A DNA stretch of 64,000 nt, from the IMG/VR virus record IMGVR_UViG_3300029922_000022, one strand, 5' to 3'. The position numbers were made by a program, and so were the translations under genes. Source of the DNA: an uncultured virus (IMG/VR IMGVR_UViG_3300029922_000022) (Duplodnaviria > Heunggongvirae > Uroviricota > Caudoviricetes). The notes under the pieces are model-generated. The model did not search any database. It had not been told where the DNA came from and saw only the letters and a program-made list of their open reading frames with translations. Shown here one piece after another: positions 31,366 through 41,702 of the stretch (its first letter is position 1; every line of letters starts with the position of its first letter).

Positions 31366-32322
31366 ATGAGTAATAATTCAAATAATAAGAAAGAAGAAGA
31401 TGCATTATCTTATTTAGAAAATAATTTTGTTGATGATAAAGATGATATTGTTTCTATAAAAAAGCCAGATATGTCATATTTAGATAATAATGTACCATCT
31501 AATGAATATATTATTATTCCATTAAATATTTTACCTTGCGGAATATTTTATAAAAATGGTACAAAAATTAGTATTAGAGCGGCTAGAGTACAGGAAGTTC
31601 AGGCTTATTCGGTAGTTGATGATAAGAATTACCTTGATATTACTGAAAAAATGAATCAGATATTAAGTGGATGTGTAAGATTTTTTAATCCAAATGGCAA
31701 ACAAGGTTCATATAAAGATATTAGAGATGGTGATAGATTATTTCTAATTTTCATGATTAGAGAATTAACATTTCCAGGTGGTAAAAATTTATCAAAAGAA
31801 GTTGTATGTGGTAATTGTGGTAATGAATTTAAGATGGAATTAAGAGCAACAAGTTCAACTACTGTAGAGAAATCTTTTGTAAATCATGATATACCTGAAA
31901 AATTAAAGAAATTTTTTGATCCTATTAATAAAGTTTTTGTATTTAAAATTGATGGAGTTGATTATAATTTAGCTCCTCCTACAATTGGAATTCAGGAAAC
32001 ATTTTTTGGAGATATTAAAAATAAAATTCAAGGAGAAAAAAATCCAAACGTTGCATTTTTGAAATTGGAATCATTTTTGTTACATGATAGAAATAACATA
32101 ACAGAAGATGGTATAAAAGTAAAAGAGCAAGAATTTAAAAGAATGGATATGAAAACTTTTCAAATTTTAAATCAAGCAGTTAATCAAATGTTATTTGGTA
32201 TAAAAGAAATGAAAAATCAGTGTCCAAGTTGTGGAATGGAGGTCCATACTGATATGAGCTTTCCCACAGGAGCCTCAAATATTTTCGTTATTCCAGATGC
32301 CTTTGGAGACTATTTTGGATAA
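31366..32322 (+). CDS. Baseplate hub / tail assembly protein (T4 gp26-like)
   Basis: LPCGIFY, GDRLFLIFMIRELT, CGNCG and CPSCG zinc motifs. Confidence 0.65.
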   Translation: MSNNSNNKKEEDALSYLENNFVDDKDDIVSIKKPDMSYLDNNVPSNEYIIIPLNILPCGIFYKNGTKISIRAARVQEVQAYSVVDDKNYLDITEKMNQILSGCVRFFNPNGKQGSYKDIRDGDRLFLIFMIRELTFPGGKNLSKEVVCGNCGNEFKMELRATSSTTVEKSFVNHDIPEKLKKFFDPINKVFVFKIDGVDYNLAPPTIGIQETFFGDIKNKIQGEKNPNVAFLKLESFLLHDRNNITEDGIKVKEQEFKRMDMKTFQILNQAVNQMLFGIKEMKNQCPSCGMEVHTDMSFPTGASNIFVIPDAFGDYFG

Positions 32323-32551
32323 TAAATTTGGATTTATGGATGTTGATCATATTGCGCCTAGATATATAGATGAATTAGCTTGGTGGGAATATGAAGAATA
32401 TGTAAAAAGATTAAATGCTAGAATTGAAAGAGATAATAAGCAGCAAAAAGAAACATCATCATCAACTGATAATTCAAGTATGTCAAATTATGCTAATAAA
32501 ATGCCTAATATGAATTCTATGATGAACAATCTTGGTAAATATAAACCTTAA
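32297..32551 (+). CDS. Small baseplate/tail assembly protein
   Basis: IDELAWWEYEEYVKRL; overlaps the hub gene. Confidence 0.5.
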   Translation: MPLETILDNKFGFMDVDHIAPRYIDELAWWEYEEYVKRLNARIERDNKQQKETSSSTDNSSMSNYANKMPNMNSMMNNLGKYKP

Positions 32552-32762
32552 TAAAAAATCACTATTTTTTAATAGTGATTTTTTATATATATCGAATCCA
32601 GAACATAAAAAATATTATAAATTATATTATTAAAAAATATTCTGATTTCATGAAAGAAGTATAAATTGAAAGAAGTATAAAAAATTTTTTAATTTATAAA
32701 AATATTGTTAATTTAATTGATTTTTTATATTTATATATATACCAAATTAAAAAATTATAAGC

Positions 32763-32969
32763 ATGTCAAGAATAAATACTTATAGACAATTTTTAAATGA
32801 ATTATTTACTATAACATCTGATGAATTGCCTATAATTGATGATATGGCAGATAATATACATTGGAGAAAAGGTGATAAATTTGCGTTTATTGATTTTAAT
32901 GGAATAAAAGATATCCCAATTAGTATTAATAATAAGGAATTAATAAATACTACTATTAAAAATAAATAA
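32763..32969 (+). CDS. Small CTS-leader protein (possibly truncated)
   Basis: MSRINTYRQFLNE. Confidence 0.5.
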   Translation: MSRINTYRQFLNELFTITSDELPIIDDMADNIHWRKGDKFAFIDFNGIKDIPISINNKELINTTIKNK

Positions 32970-32982
32970 TAATTTATACTTT

Positions 32983-33456
32983 ATGATAAATTTTGATGAA
33001 TATATAACAGAACTCAAATCTAATAAGCAAAAAACTCATAAACTTTCTGGAGTAGTTTTAATATGTAATAATAAGATATTATTAGTAAGACCAAAAAAGT
33101 TTAAGAAAAAAGAAAAAAAATGGTCTATTCCTAAGGGACATGTTGAAGATGATATGAGTATAATAAAAACTGCAATTATAGAATTAAGAGAAGAAGCAGG
33201 AATAAAATTATCGAAGAAACAGATGAAATCAAGTGATAAATTTGTTATAAAATATGAAAAATCTGGAGTTAATAAAATATTAACTTGTTATGTTGTAGAT
33301 ATTGAATATGGTGATATTAACATTAAATTAGTTAATGATATGATTTTAAAAAATTTTTTAAAGAATGAAATTATAGAAGCTGGATTTTTTTCAAAAGAAG
33401 ATGCAGAAAAACTTATAGAATCACAACAATTAGAAATTTTAAAAATTTTAAAATAA
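32983..33456 (+). CDS. NUDIX hydrolase with CTS-like leader
   Basis: WSIPKGHVEDDMSIIKTAIIELREEAGI Nudix box; MINFDEYITE. Confidence 0.85.
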   Translation: MINFDEYITELKSNKQKTHKLSGVVLICNNKILLVRPKKFKKKEKKWSIPKGHVEDDMSIIKTAIIELREEAGIKLSKKQMKSSDKFVIKYEKSGVNKILTCYVVDIEYGDINIKLVNDMILKNFLKNEIIEAGFFSKEDAEKLIESQQLEILKILK

Positions 33457-33457
33457 T

Positions 33458-34348
33458 ATGAAAAAAGAAATTGCATTTTTTGATTTAGATAATACACTTT
33501 GGTATATAAAGAGTGATATTTGGTTAATTGATAAAAATAAACCATCTATACCTATATTAAAAATTTCTCCTATTGAATTTGCATTAATAAATAATGGAAT
33601 TTATTCAAAAGATGAATTATCTATTGATTATAATGGAGAAACTTTTTTTATATCTAAAGATATGTTAGAACGAGTTCAAAGAAAGCACAGAAATATTAGA
33701 TTATCAAATTTAGGGATATCTTATAGTGAGTTTTTTAATGAAGATATTTTAAATAGTAAAGAAGTACAATTATTATTAGATAATGTTAAGCATCTTATTG
33801 GTAAAAATATAGAAATAGGAGTTTTAACAGCAAGAAGTGATAGAAAAAAACATGCAAATTTATTAAATAAATTAAGAGAAAAATTAAAAGAGTATGGTTT
33901 AGAAATAAGTAAAATATATTTTGTTTCTGAATCAATTAGATCTACTGGATTTATGGATAAAATAATTTATGATAAAAATAAAATTTTATTGGAGCATTTA
34001 ATTGGTTTGACAATTGAAGATAAACGTTTTATTCCTGTTAAAAAAGAAGCTTATGATAAAGTTTATTTTTATGATGATGTTAAATCTAATTTTTTAAATA
34101 CTAATAATTTACAAGATTATTTTGATTTTTTGATTAGAAATAGTGACGATGAATGTATTGAATATATTAATAATAGATTACAAAATAATAATATATTTTT
34201 AATAAATAATTTAATAAGTAATAATACAGTAAATCCATTTGAATCAAAAACAATAGAATTGAAGCCTCCTATTAAATTTCCTATTAAAGTTTCTGATAAT
34301 AAATTAACTGTTAAATTTGAGAATTTTAAAAATATTAATCTCTACTAA
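33458..34348 (+). CDS. HAD-superfamily hydrolase-like protein
   Basis: FFDLDNTLW, LTAR, FYDD. Confidence 0.65.
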   Translation: MKKEIAFFDLDNTLWYIKSDIWLIDKNKPSIPILKISPIEFALINNGIYSKDELSIDYNGETFFISKDMLERVQRKHRNIRLSNLGISYSEFFNEDILNSKEVQLLLDNVKHLIGKNIEIGVLTARSDRKKHANLLNKLREKLKEYGLEISKIYFVSESIRSTGFMDKIIYDKNKILLEHLIGLTIEDKRFIPVKKEAYDKVYFYDDVKSNFLNTNNLQDYFDFLIRNSDDECIEYINNRLQNNNIFLINNLISNNTVNPFESKTIELKPPIKFPIKVSDNKLTVKFENFKNINLY

Positions 34349-35786
34349 TTTTAACTGTTGATGTTGCAATTTTTCCAGTTCCGTCAGTTACTTTTACAGT
34401 ATAATTTGAAATCTCAATTAATGGTGTTATCAAAGTTTTAGATATATATGGTATATATGGTGTTAATGTTCTAGTACCATCGTCATAATCAAGATTAGGA
34501 TCATTTGCTATTATATTGCCATATGAATCTGTCCATTCAAATGTATAATTATAATCACCTCCATTTGCTGTTACACTTAGAATTGCTATTTGATTAATTT
34601 TTACATGATCAGGATTTGCTGTTGCTGTTATTTTAAATTGTACATTATCTGAACGTTTTTTTATTTTATTAAATAATGCTATTATAACCGCTAAAATAGC
34701 GAATATACTTGTTATAGAATCAGTTATAGATTTAATTATTGCTAATATTCCTGTAATGGTTGCAATTATACCTACCAAAAATGTCATAGGTAATAAATAA
34801 CCTATTATATCAAATGATGCTAAAAAAGGAAATATTTCACCTATTTTTGATTTTAAAGTTTTTATTGCCATCATCATAGTTTTTACAGCGGTTAATGCTG
34901 TTGGCATTCCAGCTCCAAATGGTAATATTATAACTGATGATACTAATGATGTTAGTGCTAATGCTATAGTTACTGTAGTATCAGCTATCAAATCAATAAA
35001 TTCTCCTAATTTTATACCTAATTGTATTAATGAATCTTTTAATTCTTTTATCCATTTATCAATTTGCTTTGATATTGGATGTGAATCATCAATAGGTTTG
35101 TGATAATTATCGTCTGTTGGTTTTGATACACAACTTGGATCTAAAATATCATTATCATATAAAATTCCATTTTTATAATATAATTTTCCATATATAAATA
35201 ATTGAGCATCTTCTTCTGTCATTAATGGATTTGATATTAATAATACCTTTTTAGCTGTTTGTCTTTTTGTTAACAATAAAGGTTCAATAGTATTCCATAA
35301 AATAGTTGTCACATCTTTTATTGCAGATAATCCTAATCCTTGTAGAATAATCATATCATTCTTTATTCCATCTATAATCTTTGTTAATTCATCCGTACCT
35401 AAACTTATAGTATTACCTGTTATTCCAGATGTTACTCCTGATATTATCGTTGTTCCTGATGTTGATCCTGACCTTGCTATAGCATCTATACTAAAATTTG
35501 ATGTTGTATTATTACTTGATGTTATACCTGATATAGATGAATTGTAAGTACCGTCATAGTAACCTGTAAATGGATATATCATAAATGGATTACTTGTTGT
35601 ATAATTTTGATATCTATTTATATCACTTTTAATTGTTTGTATTGCTCCATCTATTCCATGATATTCAATTCCATTAATTGAAGGATTGAAGTCCGAAGAA
35701 AATAGTTTAGTATCTATAACTACTCCATTATATCTTATTTCTATATAAATTGTATCTCCTACTATATGACCTATAAATTCGAACAT
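34335..35786 (-). CDS. Hypothetical structural protein with hydrophobic helices and C-terminal beta domain
   Basis: 483-aa ORF; SGxT-rich segment; YTVKVTDGTG. Confidence 0.6.
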   Translation of the reverse strand: MFEFIGHIVGDTIYIEIRYNGVVIDTKLFSSDFNPSINGIEYHGIDGAIQTIKSDINRYQNYTTSNPFMIYPFTGYYDGTYNSSISGITSSNNTTSNFSIDAIARSGSTSGTTIISGVTSGITGNTISLGTDELTKIIDGIKNDMIILQGLGLSAIKDVTTILWNTIEPLLLTKRQTAKKVLLISNPLMTEEDAQLFIYGKLYYKNGILYDNDILDPSCVSKPTDDNYHKPIDDSHPISKQIDKWIKELKDSLIQLGIKLGEFIDLIADTTVTIALALTSLVSSVIILPFGAGMPTALTAVKTMMMAIKTLKSKIGEIFPFLASFDIIGYLLPMTFLVGIIATITGILAIIKSITDSITSIFAILAVIIALFNKIKKRSDNVQFKITATANPDHVKINQIAILSVTANGGDYNYTFEWTDSYGNIIANDPNLDYDDGTRTLTPYIPYISKTLITPLIEISNYTVKVTDGTGKIATSTVKISRD

Positions 35787-35873
35787 ATTAATTTTTTAAT
35801 TTTAAATATATATATAAAAATATTAATGTTATATTTCATTTTTAAATTTTTATATATAAAATAAAATTTTTAT

Positions 35874-37112
35874 ATGAAAAATATATATTCAAAAAATGAA
35901 TTTTTAAATATTCATAATGATAGTAATTTAACAAATGAAGGATTATTTAATTTTATAGGTAAATTATTTAATACTATTTCAACTTACATAAAAAAAGTAA
36001 AAGGAGGACAAGAAATTCAAGATATTTATAATAAATTTCTAACAAAAATTAATGATGATATTAAAAAGAAAGTTCAAGTAGATTTAAGTTTAACTGCAGA
36101 TAATCAAATAAAAACTACTATAACTACTACGATAGCAACTACTCCAATAGTTACTACAAATACTACTACAGTACCTGTAAAAGAAAATAATATCGTAAGG
36201 GTACATTTAAAAAATAAATTAAATGAAGCAGATGTTGCGACAGCAGTTAATAACGTGAAAAATGTAGTAAATCAAGCTAAAGATGCTATAAATCCAAGCA
36301 TAGAAAAAAAAGAAGCAGGAACAAATGTAAAAATGACTATAGATGCATTAAAGAGCAAAGGTAATCTTATTCAACAAATAATTGATACAGACGCTGCTGT
36401 TGCAAGAAATGAAATGAATAGAGTACTAGCTAAGTATGGTGGACAAGAAAAAAATCCAAAATTAGCTGTTATTATAGGAAATAAAATAGATGAGTTTAAA
36501 TTAGCATATTTAAATGCTAAAATAAAAATATATGACGCTGGCGGAGATAGAACAGCTTCACTTGCTGTAGCTAAAAATAGAGATGTATTATCTAAACAAT
36601 TAGATGAAAAATGGAAAAACTTATCAAAAGAACAGCCTGCTGGTCAATCAACAGATTTAAAAATTGGAGATACTGTTAAATTTCATTCTGATGCGTTGAA
36701 TAAAGATGTTGAAGAAAAAATAATTAAAGTTGAAGGAGATACGTTAACATTTAAAGGAGATAAAGGAGATTTTACTAAAAAGAAAACTGAGGTAACTAAA
36801 ATAGTACCAGTAGAAACCCCTGCTAAACCTGTTGAATTTAAAGTTGGAGATAAAATTACTTGGAAGCCAGATGGTCAAGATAAAGAAATTATTAGAACTA
36901 TAACAAAAGTAGATAAAGATATATTAACTTTTAAGCAAGGAGATGAACAAGATGGACAAGAGCAAACTAAAAAATCAAGTGATGTTAAAAAAATAGAAGC
37001 ACAGCCAGCGTCAGCACAAGTTCAGAAAGCAGCGCCAATAACACCTGCAGCACCAATTACACCTGCAGCACCAATTACACCTGCAGCGCCAATAACACCT
37101 GCAGCAAAATAA
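35874..37112 (+). CDS. Putative virion protein with SH3/KOW-like repeats and PAAPIT tail
   Basis: LKIGDTVKF and FKVGDKITW repeats; low-complexity Thr and PAAPIT stretches. Confidence 0.65.
   Translation: MKNIYSKNEFLNIHNDSNLTNEGLFNFIGKLFNTISTYIKKVKGGQEIQDIYNKFLTKINDDIKKKVQVDLSLTADNQIKTTITTTIATTPIVTTNTTTVPVKENNIVRVHLKNKLNEADVATAVNNVKNVVNQAKDAINPSIEKKEAGTNVKMTIDALKSKGNLIQQIIDTDAAVARNEMNRVLAKYGGQEKNPKLAVIIGNKIDEFKLAYLNAKIKIYDAGGDRTASLAVAKNRDVLSKQLDEKWKNLSKEQPAGQSTDLKIGDTVKFHSDALNKDVEEKIIKVEGDTLTFKGDKGDFTKKKTEVTKIVPVETPAKPVEFKVGDKITWKPDGQDKEIIRTITKVDKDILTFKQGDEQDGQEQTKKSSDVKKIEAQPASAQVQKAAPITPAAPITPAAPITPAAPITPAAK
37029..37106 (+). repeat. 18-bp tandem repeat encoding AAPITP (4 copies)
   Basis: gcagc(g/a)ccaat(a/t)acacct repeated. 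Confidence 0.9.
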
Positions 37113-37136
37113 AATAAAATAAAATAAAATAAAATA

Positions 37137-38027
37137 ATGAATATAATATTATATAATAATTTTTTAATAGAGAATGCTGAATCTTCTATATCTGATTTTT
37201 TGAAAACTCAATATAATCATATATTTCCAGATCCTACTCAATCATTAAATAATCTATTTTCTGATTTTAATAAAAAATTATATACAGAAAAAAATATTTC
37301 TAATTTATATCAGATGTATTTGAAATCAAGTCAAACTCTTACTCAAAATGAAATTAATAATGCTACTGATATTATTGGAGTAGATAAAATATTAACAGAA
37401 AGCATTAAATATTTTTATTTTTCTTTGAAACCAATTATAAATAAATTACAAAATGATCAATTTACAGTTACTGAAATATTTGGAAGATCAAGGGATAAAA
37501 GATTAGCTACATTAATGAGTTATTCCGAAGATCAATTTACAAATGCAGCAGCAACATATGCATCAACAGTAATTACCGAAATTAAAACATCTGCAGGTAT
37601 AAATTCAAATACAGGTACAACTACTACTAACACTACTAGTGTGAATCCAAATACTAGTACCAATACTACAACTGTTATACAAACTACATCAGAATCTATA
37701 ACAGATAGAATAAACTATAAAATTAATAGAATATTAGAAGCCGATAATATTGTTAATAATACAAATTTAATAAATTATAAGAAATCTGCAATAAATTGGA
37801 TAAATATATCATTATTTGATATGATAAAACCTAAAATTCAGTTATTGAGTCAAATAAGTGCTAATACAAGTAATAGCGTTGATCAATTATCAACTCAAAT
37901 GAAAGGTACAACTAACGAAAATGCAAAAAAGATTATTCTTAATAAAATTCTTAATATGAATAAAGAAGAATTACAAACATTAGTAAATACATTAGGATTA
38001 ACAAAAGAGCAATTGGGAGATTTATAA
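37137..38027 (+). CDS. Putative virion protein with CTS-like leader
   Basis: MNIILYNNFLIE; Thr-rich linker. Confidence 0.6.
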   Translation: MNIILYNNFLIENAESSISDFLKTQYNHIFPDPTQSLNNLFSDFNKKLYTEKNISNLYQMYLKSSQTLTQNEINNATDIIGVDKILTESIKYFYFSLKPIINKLQNDQFTVTEIFGRSRDKRLATLMSYSEDQFTNAAATYASTVITEIKTSAGINSNTGTTTTNTTSVNPNTSTNTTTVIQTTSESITDRINYKINRILEADNIVNNTNLINYKKSAINWINISLFDMIKPKIQLLSQISANTSNSVDQLSTQMKGTTNENAKKIILNKILNMNKEELQTLVNTLGLTKEQLGDL

Positions 38028-38279
38028 AAAACTAAATAAAATGAAAATATAAAAATTTGAAGCATATAAATATAGAGGTAAAAAATTAGATATTATAAAT
38101 AGAAAGGAATTTATAAGTGTAATTTCTTCATCTTTTGCATCTGATATGTTTGAATTCCAAAATAATGGAAATAGTTATTATACTGATTCAGAAATTTTAC
38201 TAATTTATTTGATGAATAATGAAACAGGAGAAGAAAAAACAATTAGATTGGATTTATCTGATATGGGAATTGAAATAGG

Positions 38280-39647
38280 TAGTATTTAATATCTTTAATT
38301 AAATCAATGAAAAACAATGATTTTTTAATGAATATTTTCATTAAAATTATTATAAACTTTAAATTAAAATAATACTATAAATTAAATGTTAAAGGCAATT
38401 AAAATAAGACTGTATCCAAGTGAAGATAAAATTATTGATATAAATAAATTGATTGGATCTGCACGATTTGTTTATAACAAATGTCTTAGTTTTAAATCAA
38501 TTGAATATGGGTTATTTAATACTTCAACAGGCATAGGTCAAACAAACAAACACTACATAGAATTAAAAACTAAATATTCATGGCTTGGTGAAGCACACTC
38601 AAAGGTAATGCAACAATCCATGATGAATCTTGAACAGGCCTTTAGTAATTTCTTTAAAGACCTAAAGAAAGGTGATAAAAAGATCGGAGTTGGTTACCCA
38701 GACTTCAAGAAAAAGAAATTTAAAGAAACATGTAGATTTCCAAGTGATGCGATATCAAGTGTCAAAGGAAATAGAATTAATATCATTAAATCTTTAAAAA
38801 ATATTCATTTTAAATGTTCCGTAAGTGATGAAAAATACCTAAACAAACATCAAAAAGAAATTAAATCAGGGACGTTAACTAAGACTAAATCAGGACATTA
38901 TATATTTAGTATTTTAATTGATCGTCCAAATAAAACTTTAAAGAAAGCTACAAATGATGTCATTGGTTTAGATTTAGGCATTAAGGATTTCATCGTAACG
39001 TCCGAAGGACAAAAGTATGAAAATCTTAAAATTAAAAGAAAGAATGAAGTCAAATTATCAAGACTTTACAGGCAATTATCAAGAAAAAAGAAAGGTTCGA
39101 AGAATAAAAATAAGACAAGGATAAAGCTTGCTAAGTTTCATGAAAAATTAAATAATCAAAAAGAATACTACTTACATCAAACGGTGAATCAAATCCTTAG
39201 TGAAAACCAAACTATCGGTATTGAAAACCTTAATGTAAAAGGCATGATGAAAAATCATAATTTAGCTAAATCTATCCAGGAAGTGTCCTGGTCAAGGTTT
39301 AGAACGATATTAACCTATAAATCTGAATGGTATAACCGTGAAGTAATTGTTGTTGATAGATTTTTCGCTTCCACTAAACTATGTAGTGAGTGTGGTTACA
39401 AAAATGATGACTTGACGTTGAAAGATAGATTCTGGATTTGCCCTAAGTGCGGTAAATTACATGATCGTGACATCAATTCAGGAATAAATATTAAAATAGA
39501 AGTAATTAGAATTAAAATAGGACTGAGTTCACCCAAATCAACGCTTCAGGAGAGTAAATCCATTAGATCCTCTGTGAATGAAGAAACAAACAGTAAAAGA
39601 CCTAAAATGATTAAACAGTGATTTCATTGTTTTTCATTATTTTACCG
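38280..39647 (+). mobile_element. Non-autonomous tnpB-only element (IS607- or IS200/IS605-like)
   Basis: Boundaries inferred by restoring the host frame; 15-bp subterminal inverted repeat aatgaaaaacaatga (38306-38320) / tcattgtttttcatt (39624-39638); no tnpA, no TSD. Confidence 0.75.
38386..39621 (+). CDS. tnpB: RNA-guided endonuclease TnpB
   Basis: KAIKIRLYP HTH; RuvC GLDLGIKDF, IGIENLNVKGM, HDRDINS; CSECG...CPKCG zinc ribbon. Confidence 0.95.
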   Translation: MLKAIKIRLYPSEDKIIDINKLIGSARFVYNKCLSFKSIEYGLFNTSTGIGQTNKHYIELKTKYSWLGEAHSKVMQQSMMNLEQAFSNFFKDLKKGDKKIGVGYPDFKKKKFKETCRFPSDAISSVKGNRINIIKSLKNIHFKCSVSDEKYLNKHQKEIKSGTLTKTKSGHYIFSILIDRPNKTLKKATNDVIGLDLGIKDFIVTSEGQKYENLKIKRKNEVKLSRLYRQLSRKKKGSKNKNKTRIKLAKFHEKLNNQKEYYLHQTVNQILSENQTIGIENLNVKGMMKNHNLAKSIQEVSWSRFRTILTYKSEWYNREVIVVDRFFASTKLCSECGYKNDDLTLKDRFWICPKCGKLHDRDINSGINIKIEVIRIKIGLSSPKSTLQESKSIRSSVNEETNSKRPKMIKQ

Positions 39648-39817
39648 AACTATGGAATGGTATGATGAAGATGAGATAGAAAACCATGATGATTTAGGAG
39701 TATTTACTCCAGAAAGAAATTTAGATGAAGATATAACAAAAGCATATAAATCTAATAAAAAAGATTTTACAAAATTTAACATATAAAATAATTTAAACAT
39801 TATTTATAAAAAATAAT

Positions 39818-40865
39818 AATGATTATCCGCAAAGTATGCAGTTCTAAATTTTAACTTTACTGTATGTTAAATGTTTAAAGTTTGATTCGTAAGATGCGGT
39901 AACAGCGAGTAATCTTTCAAAGGGGTCAAGGGGTATTTTGATCCGATTGAATTTGTAGCAAAATTCATTCAAATACCCTTGAAGGAATTCTGATTTTATA
40001 CCGTGATACATATCATCAATCAATGATTTTGCATTACTTATGGCTATGTGTACCCAAGGCAGTACCTTAGCGATTTTTTCAGGTGGAACAACCGAAGCAT
40101 CGTGTTGGGCAAAATGGTCTTTGAAGTTCGTGTATGAGGTAGAGCCGTCAGTTGTAATTTTTGCATCTTTATCTATCGATGTATTTGCTTTCTGATCTAT
40201 AGTTACTGCTTTTAAGTCGGGAATAACTATCATTTTCAGATGATTGACCCGTTTAGGCTTTTGTGGGTTTTTGGGATTTTCAACCTGCTCACTTTCGACC
40301 ATTACAAGTACTTTGCTTTTTTTCTGACTGCCACGTCCACGTTTCAATGGTTCGTTTTTTCCTTTTTCATCTCGTTCGGTAGAGAAAAAGCCTTCATCAA
40401 GTTCTATCATCCCGGACAAGGTATATTGGGCATCGCGTTGCCCCATTACACTACGGATCTTATGAAGCATTTCCCAAATGGGTTGATATCGTTTATGACC
40501 TAATTGTCGTTGCATCTCAGAGGCTGAAAAAGTCTTTTTTGTACTTGTCATCAAATGAATGGCTTTAAACCAATATAAAAAAGGCAATTTAGAACCGTGC
40601 ATAATAGTGCCTGAACGTAAAGACCTACGACAATGACAGGATTTACATTCAAAATGCATCGAAGCAGGTAACCATGTATGCTCTTTATTACCGCAATGAG
40701 GACATACAATACCGGATTTAATCCGCATCTCTTTGAATTTTTCAATACAAACGGCTTCATTTGGGAAGTGTTTGTCAAAGTCTAATAGTTTCATATAACT
40801 GTTGATTTATTACTCTAAAGATACGAAATATTCTTGACAAAATGTGTTAAATGCGGATAATCATA
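39818..40865 (-). mobile_element. IS1595-family insertion sequence
   Basis: Terminal IRs atgattatccgca / tgcggataatcat; 8-bp direct repeat aaaataat at 39810-39817 and 40866-40873; visibly higher GC than flanks. Confidence 0.9.
39844..40794 (-). CDS. IS1595-family DDE transposase
   Basis: CPHCG...CKSC zinc ribbon; IELDEG, TTDG, YLNEFCYKFNR. Confidence 0.95.
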   Translation of the reverse strand: MKLLDFDKHFPNEAVCIEKFKEMRIKSGIVCPHCGNKEHTWLPASMHFECKSCHCRRSLRSGTIMHGSKLPFLYWFKAIHLMTSTKKTFSASEMQRQLGHKRYQPIWEMLHKIRSVMGQRDAQYTLSGMIELDEGFFSTERDEKGKNEPLKRGRGSQKKSKVLVMVESEQVENPKNPQKPKRVNHLKMIVIPDLKAVTIDQKANTSIDKDAKITTDGSTSYTNFKDHFAQHDASVVPPEKIAKVLPWVHIAISNAKSLIDDMYHGIKSEFLQGYLNEFCYKFNRIKIPLDPFERLLAVTASYESNFKHLTYSKVKI

Positions 40866-40891
40866 AAAATAATATAACAAATAAAAATAAT

Positions 40892-41638
40892 ATGATATTT
40901 AAAAGATATAACGATTTTTTGGTAGAAAATGCATTATTTAAAGGTGATTATGATAGATATGACAATTACTTTGATGATATAGAAAATAATAAAAAAACAT
41001 TAAAAAATTTTGATATTGAGATAAATTTATTGATTTCTAGATTTAAAAATCTGGATTATACTAAAATAAAGTTTAGTAAATCAAGATATAAGGATGATGA
41101 AAATTTTGAAATAAAATTTCCTATTGAGATAAAGACTTTAATTACTCCTTTTGACGGATTATTACAAGAAATAGAAAATAGAAATGATGTATTATATCAT
41201 AAAATAATTAATTCATATTTTAATGGAAATGAACCAATTTTTTTATTTGATGTTCAAATAGAAAGAAATTATTTTAATAAATTTCATTTTCCAGTTGATT
41301 TACCAGTAATTTTTAGAAATCTTGGATTAGGTAAGAAAATAATCAAAGCAGCAATATACAATTTTGAATATTTATTATTTACAAAAGAAGATGACTCATT
41401 TGAACTAAAAACCACAGTTCATTCTATCACAGAAATGAAAGATGTATATTCTTTCATGAAAGAACAAAATATATTAATATTTAAAGATGACTTTGATTTA
41501 ATTAAAAAAATATTACCTAAGTTTTTTAGTGATGATTATGATAATAAATATACATTAGATGAAGATTTTTTTATTAAATATAAAGATGAAATAACTAACG
41601 ATGAATTTTTATCAGAATTATATAAAAATAAATTATAA
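40892..41638 (+). CDS. CTS-leader protein with possible GNAT acetyl-CoA motif
   Basis: MIFKRYNDFLVE; FRNLGLGKKI; the track start at 40844 lies inside the IS end. Confidence 0.6.
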   Translation: MIFKRYNDFLVENALFKGDYDRYDNYFDDIENNKKTLKNFDIEINLLISRFKNLDYTKIKFSKSRYKDDENFEIKFPIEIKTLITPFDGLLQEIENRNDVLYHKIINSYFNGNEPIFLFDVQIERNYFNKFHFPVDLPVIFRNLGLGKKIIKAAIYNFEYLLFTKEDDSFELKTTVHSITEMKDVYSFMKEQNILIFKDDFDLIKKILPKFFSDDYDNKYTLDEDFFIKYKDEITNDEFLSELYKNKL

Positions 41639-41653
41639 AAATATCTAAAATAT

Positions 41654-41684
41654 TTTGATATATAAAATGTATTTATTATCTTTG
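41654..41684 (+). promoter_or_regulatory. Bacteroidota sigma-70 promoter TTTG-N19-TATCTTTG
   Basis: Both -33 and -7 elements with 19-nt spacing, upstream of ORF 41703. Confidence 0.75.
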
Positions 41685-41702
41685 TGACTTAAAAATTAAA
41701 TC

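Larger units (their letters stand above)
38041..39786 (+). pseudogene. KFNI-family gene with TAA at codon 4, split by a tnpB element
   Basis: MKI*KFEAYKY...MGIEIG (38041-38279) rejoins in frame to TMEWYDED...DFTKFNI* (39648-39786). Confidence 0.75.

Noticed and set aside
32280..32340. Programmed frameshift joining the hub gene and downstream ORF (tail chaperone G/GT style)
   Set aside because: No clear XXXYYYZ slippery heptamer; the overlap is explained by a separate start.
12460..37106. Tandem repeats at 12460 and 37029 as CRISPR arrays
   Set aside because: No unique spacers; they are in-frame coding repeats. No cas genes were seen.
38280..39647. IStron (group I intron plus tnpB) that would splice out and restore the gene
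   Set aside because: Only ~105 nt of AT-rich sequence precede tnpB, too little for a recognisable group I core, and the host gene also has a stop at codon 4.
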